64,000 bases of DNA from NCBI GenBank assembly GCA_039815375.1, contig JBCBZJ010000001.1:359386-423385 (forward strand), given 5' to 3'. The translations under genes were made by a program, and so were the position numbers. Below the pieces are notes generated by a model. That model made no database searches, was not told the origin of the DNA, and worked only from the letters and a program-made list of their open reading frames with translations. Origin of the DNA: Verrucomicrobiota bacterium. Its GTDB lineage: Bacteria; Verrucomicrobiota; Verrucomicrobiia; Opitutales; Coraliomargaritaceae. Shown here one piece after another: positions 49,222 through 59,011 of the stretch (position 1 is the stretch's first letter; each line of letters begins with the position of its first letter).

Positions 49222-50979
49222 TTATACTGTAATCACCTCCGACGAGGCTTTAAGATTCTGCCAGACCATCATCGCCTCCTGTGCTTCAGTAGTCAGCAGG
49301 TCAACTTTGAGTAGCTCGCTGCTGCTTATCAGGATGACTTTGGATCTTGCTCGCGTAACCGACACGTTAAGCCGAGCCGGCAAGAACAGGAAATCTGACA
49401 CGGCTCGGATAAAGCCTCGATCGTTGGATGCGCAGCTGATGATGATCATCTCACGTTCCTGGCCCTGCATGCGCTCAACTGTATCGATAATTACCTGATT
49501 GGATAAGGTCTCGTCCACCGCCAAGGATTGCTTCACCCGTTGCCGTATCGCACGGGCTTGTTTGCGGAATGGAGTGACGACTGCCAGATCATCTGGAGTT
49601 AAGCCGTTCTTCAGTGCGCAGACGATGAGCTGGTTCACTAAATCAACTTCTTCGAGGCAGAGTTTACGACAACCTGATTCGTTGTGCTCTAGCCAGACAA
49701 GTGAGTGATCAGGGTTAAAGGCTTTTTCAAGCCAAGCCTGTTCGTGCTCGCACCCGAGCTCTAGCCGACGGGAAGCAACTGAATCGAAGGAGCTCAGCTC
49801 ACCGCGGTAAAATTGCTCACTGGACCAGTCAGCAATCGTTGAGTTCATCCGATAGGTCGTATCCAGGAGGGTTAAGTCGTTGTTACGGTTCAACGAATTA
49901 AAGATAGAGTGCTCATGCGCCTGGCTAGAGGGGCAAGACTGAACGACCGGCGGTAATTGCTGCGGGTCACCAATGATGACATAGCTATCGCTTGTAAGCA
50001 TTCCGAGCACTGCGTAAGGCAGTGTCATTTGGCTCGCTTCATCGACAATGAGCACGTCGAAATCGATACCCCTGAGTCGGCTGGATCGCGTTGCAAAAAC
50101 GGTGGCTCCGATCACATAACCACCTGTCATTTCTGCCAGTGGGCAGTCCGCAAAATACTCATACTGCGGGACCGTCAGATCCGGGTCTGGGATGTATGTT
50201 CCGATCTTCACGATGCGATCTTCGTGAGGTAAGATCTTCTTAACCGTTCGGAGTGCTTGGTGTATGGCCCGGTGAGTGAACGCGGTTATAAAAATCTTTT
50301 CCCCGCGCGCTAAGCGTTGAGCTACGATATTCGCCAACACTTGTGTCTTTCCGGTTCCTGGAGGCCCTTGAACTAGGCAGCACCATTGGGATGCTGATCC
50401 CGCTGCGATTGCGTCACTCTGACTGTTGTTGTAGCCGGCTTTATCGCTCTCCGACCAAGCCTTTTCGAAACTCTCCTCGTCAACGTCATCAACAACTTCA
50501 TTACCAAGAAGGAGGGGAAGTAAACGTTCACGCCCACGAATCGTTGTCCCGATTTCATCAATGCCTTTGAGGACGACCCTCTCTAAGTCAAAATACGAAG
50601 CATCGAGATAGAGGTCTTTATCGAGAGTGAAATCCAATCCTTTACCTGAGATGTCGAGCGTGATGTAGGGCGGGTCTTCAGCGACGAGCACACACTCGCT
50701 TAGTGGATCCATTGGGTCTCCCTCGCTCAGGCGTAAGAAGTCGCCCTCTCTAAAATCCGTATCGTTTTCCTGGTAGCTAAAACGATACTGACCTTCTGTT
50801 GTCTTTCGCACAAAGCGAAGCCCAGCAACACAGCGGCCTTCAGCGATTCGTGCCGATAGAGGCATCTTCCATAACCGTATGAATGCGTTTCTTTGCGATG
50901 AGAATTCAGCCTCAGCAAACCCTCTGAGTGAGGTCAGCGTTTCGCGTAAAGATTCTGTCGAGATTTCGTTGTGACTCAT
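49222..50979 (-). CDS. Upf1/Dna2-like SF1B helicase
   Basis: QGPPGTGKT, DEASQ, GDPQQLPP, YRM, TPFRKQ, DTVERMQGQE, RLNVSVTRAR. Confidence 0.87.
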   Translation of the reverse strand: MSHNEISTESLRETLTSLRGFAEAEFSSQRNAFIRLWKMPLSARIAEGRCVAGLRFVRKTTEGQYRFSYQENDTDFREGDFLRLSEGDPMDPLSECVLVAEDPPYITLDISGKGLDFTLDKDLYLDASYFDLERVVLKGIDEIGTTIRGRERLLPLLLGNEVVDDVDEESFEKAWSESDKAGYNNSQSDAIAAGSASQWCCLVQGPPGTGKTQVLANIVAQRLARGEKIFITAFTHRAIHQALRTVKKILPHEDRIVKIGTYIPDPDLTVPQYEYFADCPLAEMTGGYVIGATVFATRSSRLRGIDFDVLIVDEASQMTLPYAVLGMLTSDSYVIIGDPQQLPPVVQSCPSSQAHEHSIFNSLNRNNDLTLLDTTYRMNSTIADWSSEQFYRGELSSFDSVASRRLELGCEHEQAWLEKAFNPDHSLVWLEHNESGCRKLCLEEVDLVNQLIVCALKNGLTPDDLAVVTPFRKQARAIRQRVKQSLAVDETLSNQVIIDTVERMQGQEREMIIISCASNDRGFIRAVSDFLFLPARLNVSVTRARSKVILISSSELLKVDLLTTEAQEAMMVWQNLKASSEVITV

Positions 50980-51098
50980 GCGTTTTGCTCGGGGAAGAAT
51001 GTGCTATTGTTATTGGTTCCTTCAGTGTTGGGGTGTCAGCGAAGAGTAGGTAATTGGTGATCGGTTAGTGGAATGATGGTTTTGTCTGTAGCGAGCAT

Positions 51099-52067
51099 CT
51101 ACGAAGCAGACTTTAGGAGAATCTCTTTTCGGTGGTAATCTAAGAAGTGTTTTTGGTCAGTGTTGAACTGGCCAACGTTTTTCGTTTCAACGCCCATGCG
51201 CTTCAGTGATCTCGTATCCGCAATTGGCGAGGTAATGAGATCGCCGTTGTCTTCGAAAGAAATGAAGCCGCGATCAAAGAGATGATCGATACTTGGAGTC
51301 AGTAGGAGTCCATTGCCACCTGCTAAACGTTCTTCGTTGTCCGATTCGCGCCAGGGCTTGATATGGCTGGCGATCAGGTGTGTGGGATTGTCGACCTTAG
51401 TGATTCGGCAGGCACGTTCGTAACCGGCGACAGATTGCTTGAAACGTCCCTGGCCGATGCGGGCTTGGACGAGTGCCTTACGTGTGGTTTCTGCAAGGCC
51501 ACCGGTTGACTCAATCTGACGTTGCTGTTGGTCCTCCCAATCTTGAAGGGCGGGGAAGGCAATTTCGATTAATTGATCAGTGGCATCCTCAGCAGCTACG
51601 TTCAAGGCCTGCCACAATCGAGTGTCCGCCAACTCAGCAACGACTAATGCAAGCTCGCGGCTGATCTGTGCGAAGTAAGCGCCTTGGTTGCCATGCCCGT
51701 TCGCGCGAATCGGGGAATAGCGCACTGGTAGCAAGAGGGCAATTGCCTTGCTATGATCGGATGTTCGAAGCGGAGTCGGGAATTTCTGAAAGTTCACATC
51801 CACACGCCAGCCTTTAAGATCCCACGCATCGCCGACTTTGCCAAACTCATCTGGACGTGGGCAGGAATAGCAATGCGTAGTGGCAAAACCAAAACCTTGC
51901 ACTGCAGCATTCGCATATGAAAGCACGAGGTCTCCAGGGCACACTTCACGCACGGTTTCGTAAAAGTGATGCACATGTCCGTCACTCCTCAGCTTAGGGC
52001 ACCAAACATACTTCCCGCCAAATTCTTGGCGAAAGGTCTGCTTATGGTTTACCCACCAGTAGTTCAT
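51099..52067 (-). CDS. HNH endonuclease with an N-terminal EVE/PUA-like domain (putative modification-dependent restriction)
   Basis: C-terminal CRIT..LIASHIKPW..ERL..NGLLL..DHLFDRGFISF; N-terminal YWWVN...W...PGDLVLSY. Confidence 0.8.
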   Translation of the reverse strand: MNYWWVNHKQTFRQEFGGKYVWCPKLRSDGHVHHFYETVREVCPGDLVLSYANAAVQGFGFATTHCYSCPRPDEFGKVGDAWDLKGWRVDVNFQKFPTPLRTSDHSKAIALLLPVRYSPIRANGHGNQGAYFAQISRELALVVAELADTRLWQALNVAAEDATDQLIEIAFPALQDWEDQQQRQIESTGGLAETTRKALVQARIGQGRFKQSVAGYERACRITKVDNPTHLIASHIKPWRESDNEERLAGGNGLLLTPSIDHLFDRGFISFEDNGDLITSPIADTRSLKRMGVETKNVGQFNTDQKHFLDYHRKEILLKSAS

Positions 52068-52087
52068 TGGTTTTCTAAACTTGTATT

Positions 52088-52732
52088 CTACGTGCTCGCC
52101 TTTTTCTTGAGGGAAATACGTTTTAAGACGTCTTTATAAATGCAGAGACAGTTTTCGAGCTGATAGCCTTTTAGTTTTCGAAACGCTGAGGGGAAGTCAT
52201 CTACATCAAGGATTCCATCTTTACTGCTAACTCCTTTTCGTAGATGTCCGGCAGTCTCTATATGTTTAGCGCCTTTAAGTGCCCCTGCATGAAGGTAGAC
52301 TCTTTCAGGTAGGCATCCGTGTATGTGCGAGATGCGTAGTGCGGTGTCGTAAGCAGTCAGCTCACCGATGCCTTTTATTGAAGAAATGTCTCGTTTAAAT
52401 ATTTGATATATACCTTCAAAATCCTTTGCAAATCCAATTTCTGATACGACTTTTTGAAGCCGTTTAGCTGCTTCTTCTAAGTCCTTTTTCTTTAGCCGCC
52501 TTTGGTGCGGGTGGCGTTTTGTATCTTTACATTTTGCTGTTGCTGCATTGTAGATTAGCTCTTCAAGCGAATTAGTGTTATCAGATATTTTTTCGAGTTC
52601 TGCTTCGTGTATCGGAGCTTGGTGAACTGTGTAGTGCGCAACGACTGATTCATAGCTATCTAGTGTTGCTAGATCTGGAACTCCCGTTGAACAACTGGAT
52701 GATTTTGTATTTGGTTTTAAGCTACAGCTCAT
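52088..52732 (-). CDS. Hypothetical protein with an HhH-glycosylase-like motif
   Basis: IKGIGELTAYD helix-hairpin-helix, YLHAGALKGA, LENCLCIYK; ATGA overlap with the upstream nuclease. Confidence 0.6.
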   Translation of the reverse strand: MSCSLKPNTKSSSCSTGVPDLATLDSYESVVAHYTVHQAPIHEAELEKISDNTNSLEELIYNAATAKCKDTKRHPHQRRLKKKDLEEAAKRLQKVVSEIGFAKDFEGIYQIFKRDISSIKGIGELTAYDTALRISHIHGCLPERVYLHAGALKGAKHIETAGHLRKGVSSKDGILDVDDFPSAFRKLKGYQLENCLCIYKDVLKRISLKKKAST

Positions 52733-53883
52733 GATGCGAGTCGATCTGCTTTTCCTTCCAGAAGCTCGACATTCACTCCCGTTCCAGAAGGGCCGACGAA
52801 ATCGTCAATTTCCTGAAGTTTTGAATAGGAAAGGAAGCGGACTCTTTCGTCGAGATTCAGATGTTTGAACGTAGGCCGGGCGACCTGAGAGCGAACTCGA
52901 GAACGCCGTTCTTCAGGAGCGACAATAAATAGGGGATACCGACTATTGGGGGCAACCATCGTAAGGTCCGCGAAACGAAGGAGGCCCGAGTAAATAGATG
53001 TGCTGTTTTCCACCTCGAAGGCAGCATCAATACGATACTGATCCTTCCAAACGACATCGATGTTCTCCACATACTTGACTTGCGTATCCAAACCACCTGC
53101 GAATTCATTCTCGAACTGGTCAAAGTCATAAGCAGCACGAATTCTCCCTTGATCTCCCCGTGGAGCCCAGACCTTCTCGCCAGCATTGATTCCCATTTTT
53201 AGCAACATCCATTGGATGCGAACGTGATCTGATGGATTATCGATGGTCTCCTGTTCGTCTTGCGGGGCTGGAGTTTCCGTTAGATCATCCAAGTCGTCCA
53301 ATGTTCTCTTCACTGCTTCAGGGTCCACTAGAGGAGAATATGAGTATCCCTCCTTTATTGCCGTCAGGATTGAGTAAAGGTCATCATAAACGCCATAAAA
53401 GTTATCCAAGCGATCTTGGGAGACTCCAGTAAAACCATGAAGCTGAAAGTCCTCCTTATAGCCTACCAGCTTACAAAATTCGGAAAAGGGAAGGTTGATC
53501 TCTCTCGGGTTTGCAATGAAATAGATCAGGTCCCACCCAGCGGAGGAATCACCGCGGAGGTTCTTCCAAATGTCACGGGACAGAGCAGGTGAAACCGTTT
53601 TCTCAGCAATGCGGCCAAGTAATTTGATCGTCTTGCCTTCAACGATAAGGATCTCGTCGCCTGGTCTCATTCGATCAAATTTCGATCGGTTTCCCAGAGA
53701 GTCTCGCGATCCCCAAACCGCCACTCTTGAAGGGCCGAAGATCGACTGAAGTCGCCGGTTGAGGGAAGGCTCGACGTGAGATGCGATTAGCTGAGGGTCT
53801 ACCCGCTTTTTGATCGTGTCTTCATAGTGCACCACTGCCTCCACGTTCGTGGGCGGGATGTAGAGTATGAAGATGTTTCTCAT
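52729..53883 (-). CDS. PUA/EVE-like domain fused to a PD-(D/E)XK-type restriction-like nuclease
   Basis: N-terminal VWG...FDRMRPGDEIL; C-terminal IDVVW...AAFEVENSTSIYSGLLRFADL. Confidence 0.7.
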   Translation of the reverse strand: MRNIFILYIPPTNVEAVVHYEDTIKKRVDPQLIASHVEPSLNRRLQSIFGPSRVAVWGSRDSLGNRSKFDRMRPGDEILIVEGKTIKLLGRIAEKTVSPALSRDIWKNLRGDSSAGWDLIYFIANPREINLPFSEFCKLVGYKEDFQLHGFTGVSQDRLDNFYGVYDDLYSILTAIKEGYSYSPLVDPEAVKRTLDDLDDLTETPAPQDEQETIDNPSDHVRIQWMLLKMGINAGEKVWAPRGDQGRIRAAYDFDQFENEFAGGLDTQVKYVENIDVVWKDQYRIDAAFEVENSTSIYSGLLRFADLTMVAPNSRYPLFIVAPEERRSRVRSQVARPTFKHLNLDERVRFLSYSKLQEIDDFVGPSGTGVNVELLEGKADRLAS

Positions 53884-53909
53884 TGGAGCACGATCAACTT
53901 AGTTTGTAT

Positions 53910-56474
53910 TTAATAATCACCAGCCAAAGCGCCCTTGTAGAGGCCTTCAGCACTCTCGGCTTTCATGATTTCCACTCGAACATCTGCACGAGTGAGATCC
54001 AATACACGCAATGTGCCGCTTACATCCGCTACGGCTTCGATACGCCGAAAATCGGCTGCGTGATATTCCGCGTAACGAGCTAGGCCCTTTAGCTTCGGCA
54101 ACGCATCCGCGAGGTGAAAGCCATGCGGGTCGACAATATCAGCCACAATCTCGCCATCTGCCTCTGCTAAGAAAACAAAGTCTGGCCTGACGATTCTCGT
54201 ATCATCATTATCTACATAAGCGATGCCCAAAGAATCTTGGCTGGGGCGGTCGGGATTTCGATACCAGAACTTGAACCCTTCTTTCTTCTGCTCTGCCTCA
54301 AGAACCTTCTTTTCCCATGTTCCAAGTTCCGCTGGATATAGTGCCTGATCGTCACAAAGCAAATGCTCCGAGCAAGTCGGAATATCGACTTCCGCACCAT
54401 CCTGCTCACGAGCCTTCGTCGGCTCGAAGCGGGACATGGGTTTGGCTAGATCGACGTCCTGCGGATCGGTGCTCAATGCGACGATCTGTCTGTAAGCATC
54501 CTGTCGGTCGTCCGGTAGCTTTTTGATCGCTTCGCTGTATTTGGAGAACCATTCATCGGCGAGCTTCTTAGCCTCGGCATCAAAGAGAACCTGAAGATTC
54601 TCCATCAAGTGCAGAGCGGCTACATCTTCACGCGACTCGATTAAAGCCTCCTCAATGTCGTCCTCTGCCTCAGGATGTCGTTTGGCTCGCTCCATCGTGT
54701 AGGTGCGAGCGATGTCCGGGCTGACGATACGAGCCGAGCGACGATAGGCATCTCCAATCACTGCTTCATCCGCTTCTGCTTCAAAGGTGCCGTCGCTCGT
54801 TTCACCTTTCCGCATGTCAGCTATAATCGTGCGGCCTTCGACCGTCATCACCGATTCGCGCTTCTCTTCAAACTCCTTGGCTCGCTCGTCAATAAAATCG
54901 TCCAGCACTTTGTGCATTGCCGCATGCGCCTTGCCTCCTGCACCTGAGAGAATCCCGTCGGATGCCAATTCATGCGCAAGCGAAGTCAACCGAACAGCAG
55001 GCTTTGCGCCCCGTTGTGGTCGCGTCTGCGAAGGCAGAGAAATGAATTTCTCCCATACCGCCTCTGGCACTTCCGGATTAGGCTTCATCTCTTTCGGATT
55101 GATCAATATCCGACCCGTCGGTGGTGTGTCGCCGCCACCTTCGCGCAGAGCCTTTACCACGGCTTGCACCGTCTCCTTATCGAATTTGGGCAACAAACAA
55201 TCGACGGAATTGAGACGATCATTGCCGGGAATCCGTCTGGCTAGCGGTGTGCGCACCATACGCCCTAGCAACTGCGCGATGTAGGTCTGGTCACTTGCCG
55301 GACGGAAAGAAATCATCACCTCTGCGCGTGGGCAGTCCCATCCCGTGCTAATCGCATCTTTGGCAATCAGCACTCGCACCCAAGTATCATCCTGCACCCG
55401 TTGAGGCTGGATGTAGGGCACCGAATATTTTCCAAATGTCTGAGTGGTGTGTTCCCCGAACACATGAGCGACGTTACTTTCCGTCACTTCAGGCCAAGCC
55501 TGAAAAATGGTCTCCAATGCTCGCCCGATCTCTTTGTGATTGGGCTTATTGGGCACCTGAAGCACCATCATGGGCGCGACGGATTGGTCGCCTCCTTGAT
55601 GCTTCGCATAGGTGTCCCATCCAATCGAAGATTCTTTGAGCTTGTCTGTGGCTCGGCGCACAAGCACAGTGTCAAAATCGCCCGTCGCCTCATCGGGGAT
55701 GTCGAGGACAACAGTATCTTTGAGTAATCCAGATTCCTGCACGCGCGTAGGATCGACCGTCACCGGAGGCAAGGTCGTCCTGCCTGTCGCGACTTCCATG
55801 GCCTTGTTGAAACGTTCGACGGTTGCAGAAATCCCCCAGACCATCGGAATGCCCGGCACACCATTTTCGCCATTGATCAGTCGTTTGACGATGGTGGACT
55901 TTTCGCGGTTCTGAGTTCCCATGCCCCGATGCGCTTCGTCCAGCACTAGATACAGGGAGAGCGAAGGGTCTTCGATTGTGTTCCGAATCGTGTCCCAAAT
56001 CGTGTGACTTCGTAAATCCGGGCGCATGGTTGGAAACGTGCCATCTTCCTCGTCGCCTTCGAAACCGCGCACCAGTAGGCTCTTCTTTCCTAGCTTCTGG
56101 GTATTGAGAAAATAAATCTTTCCAGGGTCGAACTTCGGTCGATTGAACGTGTTCTCGACGACGACCAAATCCGTATGGCGCAAACGGTCGGAGGACTCCA
56201 TCAGACGAAAACGAGTCTGCTCATTAAGAGAAGGGTCGTCACTGAACCAAATCACCACGGCTCCGGGATCGCGGTCGAAATTGAAGCCGTCGTCACCATG
56301 AAACAGTGCCTCAAAGACGGCAGCGGCCATCACAGTTTTACCGGCACCTGTGGCGGCGGTGAGTGAGAATGCATGGCGGTCGGCATCCTCGCGCCAGCGT
56401 TTGCGGGCTTTTCTTAAATTATCCAGCACGTCGATGACGGCTTCGGTCTGGTAGTCTTTTAGGGTAAACTTCAT
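53910..56474 (-). CDS. res: Type III restriction enzyme Res subunit
   Basis: LKDYQ, ATGAGKT, DEAH, SAT, GWDCPRA, QLLGRMVR; C-terminal PDF...IVDPHG nuclease; ATGA overlap with mod. Confidence 0.85.
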   Translation of the reverse strand: MKFTLKDYQTEAVIDVLDNLRKARKRWREDADRHAFSLTAATGAGKTVMAAAVFEALFHGDDGFNFDRDPGAVVIWFSDDPSLNEQTRFRLMESSDRLRHTDLVVVENTFNRPKFDPGKIYFLNTQKLGKKSLLVRGFEGDEEDGTFPTMRPDLRSHTIWDTIRNTIEDPSLSLYLVLDEAHRGMGTQNREKSTIVKRLINGENGVPGIPMVWGISATVERFNKAMEVATGRTTLPPVTVDPTRVQESGLLKDTVVLDIPDEATGDFDTVLVRRATDKLKESSIGWDTYAKHQGGDQSVAPMMVLQVPNKPNHKEIGRALETIFQAWPEVTESNVAHVFGEHTTQTFGKYSVPYIQPQRVQDDTWVRVLIAKDAISTGWDCPRAEVMISFRPASDQTYIAQLLGRMVRTPLARRIPGNDRLNSVDCLLPKFDKETVQAVVKALREGGGDTPPTGRILINPKEMKPNPEVPEAVWEKFISLPSQTRPQRGAKPAVRLTSLAHELASDGILSGAGGKAHAAMHKVLDDFIDERAKEFEEKRESVMTVEGRTIIADMRKGETSDGTFEAEADEAVIGDAYRRSARIVSPDIARTYTMERAKRHPEAEDDIEEALIESREDVAALHLMENLQVLFDAEAKKLADEWFSKYSEAIKKLPDDRQDAYRQIVALSTDPQDVDLAKPMSRFEPTKAREQDGAEVDIPTCSEHLLCDDQALYPAELGTWEKKVLEAEQKKEGFKFWYRNPDRPSQDSLGIAYVDNDDTRIVRPDFVFLAEADGEIVADIVDPHGFHLADALPKLKGLARYAEYHAADFRRIEAVADVSGTLRVLDLTRADVRVEIMKAESAEGLYKGALAGDY

Positions 56475-58945
56475 GCGTCGTCTCCGTTAGCGAATGCAAA
56501 ATTGGTCAAGTAGGATTCATAAAGCCGCACCTCCTCGACGCCGTCTGGCAGGCGGCGAGCGATTGACTGAAAACGTCTTTCGTCATCGGTAACGATGTAG
56601 GCAACTTGTAGGTCTTTGGCTTTGCGCAAGGCTTTGAGGAAATCAGTTGCAAGGTCTAGTTCAATCAGCAGGCCGTATGCATCAGCGACATCCCACCCAT
56701 CGGAAGGAAGTTTGTCGATGCGCCGTCCCATGCTCCCAGCACGTAGCCAAAGTAAGGGCGCGATACGGGCAAAAGCAGTTTGGTAGCTCACGGACAATGG
56801 TGTCTCATAAGTCAGAGTGAAAAATTCAGCGTTCTCCTTGAACCCGTCTGACATCGGGACTTCTTGCTCTTCTTTCAGGAGGAACGGTCCCAAAAGATCC
56901 GATACAGCTAGCTTAAGTTCATCAAAGGTTCGTTTTGCTGGAGCAACAATGTAGAAATCGGTGATTTGTTCCTGTCCATCTAATGCTTCCAGCCAAGCCT
57001 GCTTAAACTCTAAATCAAACAAAACGCTAGATGTATGCTCTTCGCTGACGATAAAAGGACAATCCCCTTTTACCAAAGATTGCGGCAGAGCATCTACTAG
57101 TGCTACAAGTTGCTTTTTCTTCGTGGATGTGTTGAACAAATTCGCTTCTGTAAACCCAATATGTTTGAAATTGCGTGATTCTTCTTTTTCCACAGCATTT
57201 CCAAACTGGTAGCTGGCAGCAACGGGTTTGCCTTCTGGTGTCTTACCTGTGATTGCGGTCTCCACTCGCGGCTTAGTTATGTAATCGCAAATACCATACT
57301 TCTCCCAATCATCATCTCCCGGGCGTAAGCTTTCCTCTCGTAGCCTCTTTTGCTCGTCAGCGCCGACTTCATTATTAGTCACGCTGATGCACTGACGTTT
57401 TCCGGCGTCCTGTTCGTTTAGCCTCATGACTGCATGAGCGGTAGTGCCGGAGCCAGAGAAGAAATCTAGGATAATCGCATCTGGCTTTCCCTTCACAAAG
57501 AAACGCAAGGCGTCTTCGACTGCGTAGAGAGATTTTGGAAATGGAAATTTTCGACCCGGAATAATGTGTCGAAGGAGGTTTGACCCATGATGCCCTGCAC
57601 TATGGCTTGCCACATTCCATACGGTTGTAGGTCTATATTCAGCTAATTGGTCTGTTCCATTGACTCCCTCTGTTAGGATGGAGCCATCAGGGGCATTACC
57701 TACAACTTTATACTCGCCAGTGAGGACTTTGTTTCGTTCCCCTGCCTTTAGATAGGCAATTCCAGTATCTGCACCTTTAGGACGTCCAAGGCGTGCGTGC
57801 CCAGCACTGATCAAATCTCGCAAAGATTGCGCTGCAATTTGCCATCGACCTTCAGAACCGTCGCGTCGAATAGGCCATACTGCGACGCAATCATTAGGTA
57901 TCTCGATTGTATTTCTGTCTGTATCAATCGGTAGCCCCTCACCTACAGAATGAAATCGCGAGCAATCTTCACTGAGAAATATGGGGTAGAACATCTGAGC
58001 GCGATCGCGTCTCGTAGCTTCAGTTCCAGTGCGCTTCAAACTGGCCCAGTGTATAGCTCCTCGGACTGTTTTGCTCTCTTGACCGCTTGACCACTCCTTA
58101 TCAAGCCTGAGTGGAGTTACCTCACATTGACCGAAAAAGACAAAAAAGATAAACTCGTCAGAGCGTTTGAACTGAGAGCCACGTGAGCTTCCTTGTGGTG
58201 CAATAACGCTACTAACCATCTGGATTTCAGCCTCTTCAAAAACCTGCTCCAAGAGCAATCCAAGTCTCAGATATTCCTTTTCGTCGATTGTGACGATCAA
58301 TACAGAGTCATCTGGGTTAAGTAGTTGTTTGGCGACACGCAAACGTCGCTCCATCATCGCAAGCCACTTACTGTGACGATACGCGTCCTCTTTATCGACG
58401 TAATCATTGTTGTATTTCCAGTCTTTGTCTCGTGTGTTGTAGGGGGGGTCGATGTAGATGGCATCCACCTTTCCGCGATGGGTCCAAGTTAGCGCCTTCA
58501 GGGCATGGTAGTTCTCACCATTGATGACGGTGTGCCACGGTTTGTCATCACCCCGTGAAACCTTCCCTGTTGAAACCAGCCCAGGATAGATCGTGTCGCC
58601 GAATTCAGCGATCACAATTAGATCGTCCAAGGCAACCGTTTGGGCCTCGGTTTCTTCCGAATTGGGCAATTCCAGATCGGCCTCGTTCTTGCGCTTACGG
58701 ATGGCTTTGACTTCCCAAAGCCGCTGATCGCCTTTAGTGGTCGATCCACGCGGGGGCAACACCCGCACTTTGTCCCCCTTGCGCACGGGACGATTGGGCA
58801 ATTCAACCGCTTCCGGTCGATGGCGTTCGAAATTCAATCCAAACGAAAGCCGCGAAGACAAGGCGCGAAACTCGCGTTCCAAGTCAGCACCCAGCTGCGG
58901 ATCTTCGCTTTTCGCTTTTCGAATGAGATCAGTTAGTCGGGACAT
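56471..58945 (-). CDS. mod: Type III R-M DNA methyltransferase Mod (beta class)
   Basis: IYIDPPYN, HSKWLAMM, FPFPKS, LDFFSGSGTT. Confidence 0.9.
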   Translation of the reverse strand: MSRLTDLIRKAKSEDPQLGADLEREFRALSSRLSFGLNFERHRPEAVELPNRPVRKGDKVRVLPPRGSTTKGDQRLWEVKAIRKRKNEADLELPNSEETEAQTVALDDLIVIAEFGDTIYPGLVSTGKVSRGDDKPWHTVINGENYHALKALTWTHRGKVDAIYIDPPYNTRDKDWKYNNDYVDKEDAYRHSKWLAMMERRLRVAKQLLNPDDSVLIVTIDEKEYLRLGLLLEQVFEEAEIQMVSSVIAPQGSSRGSQFKRSDEFIFFVFFGQCEVTPLRLDKEWSSGQESKTVRGAIHWASLKRTGTEATRRDRAQMFYPIFLSEDCSRFHSVGEGLPIDTDRNTIEIPNDCVAVWPIRRDGSEGRWQIAAQSLRDLISAGHARLGRPKGADTGIAYLKAGERNKVLTGEYKVVGNAPDGSILTEGVNGTDQLAEYRPTTVWNVASHSAGHHGSNLLRHIIPGRKFPFPKSLYAVEDALRFFVKGKPDAIILDFFSGSGTTAHAVMRLNEQDAGKRQCISVTNNEVGADEQKRLREESLRPGDDDWEKYGICDYITKPRVETAITGKTPEGKPVAASYQFGNAVEKEESRNFKHIGFTEANLFNTSTKKKQLVALVDALPQSLVKGDCPFIVSEEHTSSVLFDLEFKQAWLEALDGQEQITDFYIVAPAKRTFDELKLAVSDLLGPFLLKEEQEVPMSDGFKENAEFFTLTYETPLSVSYQTAFARIAPLLWLRAGSMGRRIDKLPSDGWDVADAYGLLIELDLATDFLKALRKAKDLQVAYIVTDDERRFQSIARRLPDGVEEVRLYESYLTNFAFANGDDA

Positions 58946-59011
58946 TGATTGTTCTAAATTTGAAAATGGTTGTAAGCAGTTAATCCTGATAGGCGTTTGC
59001 CCAGCAATACT

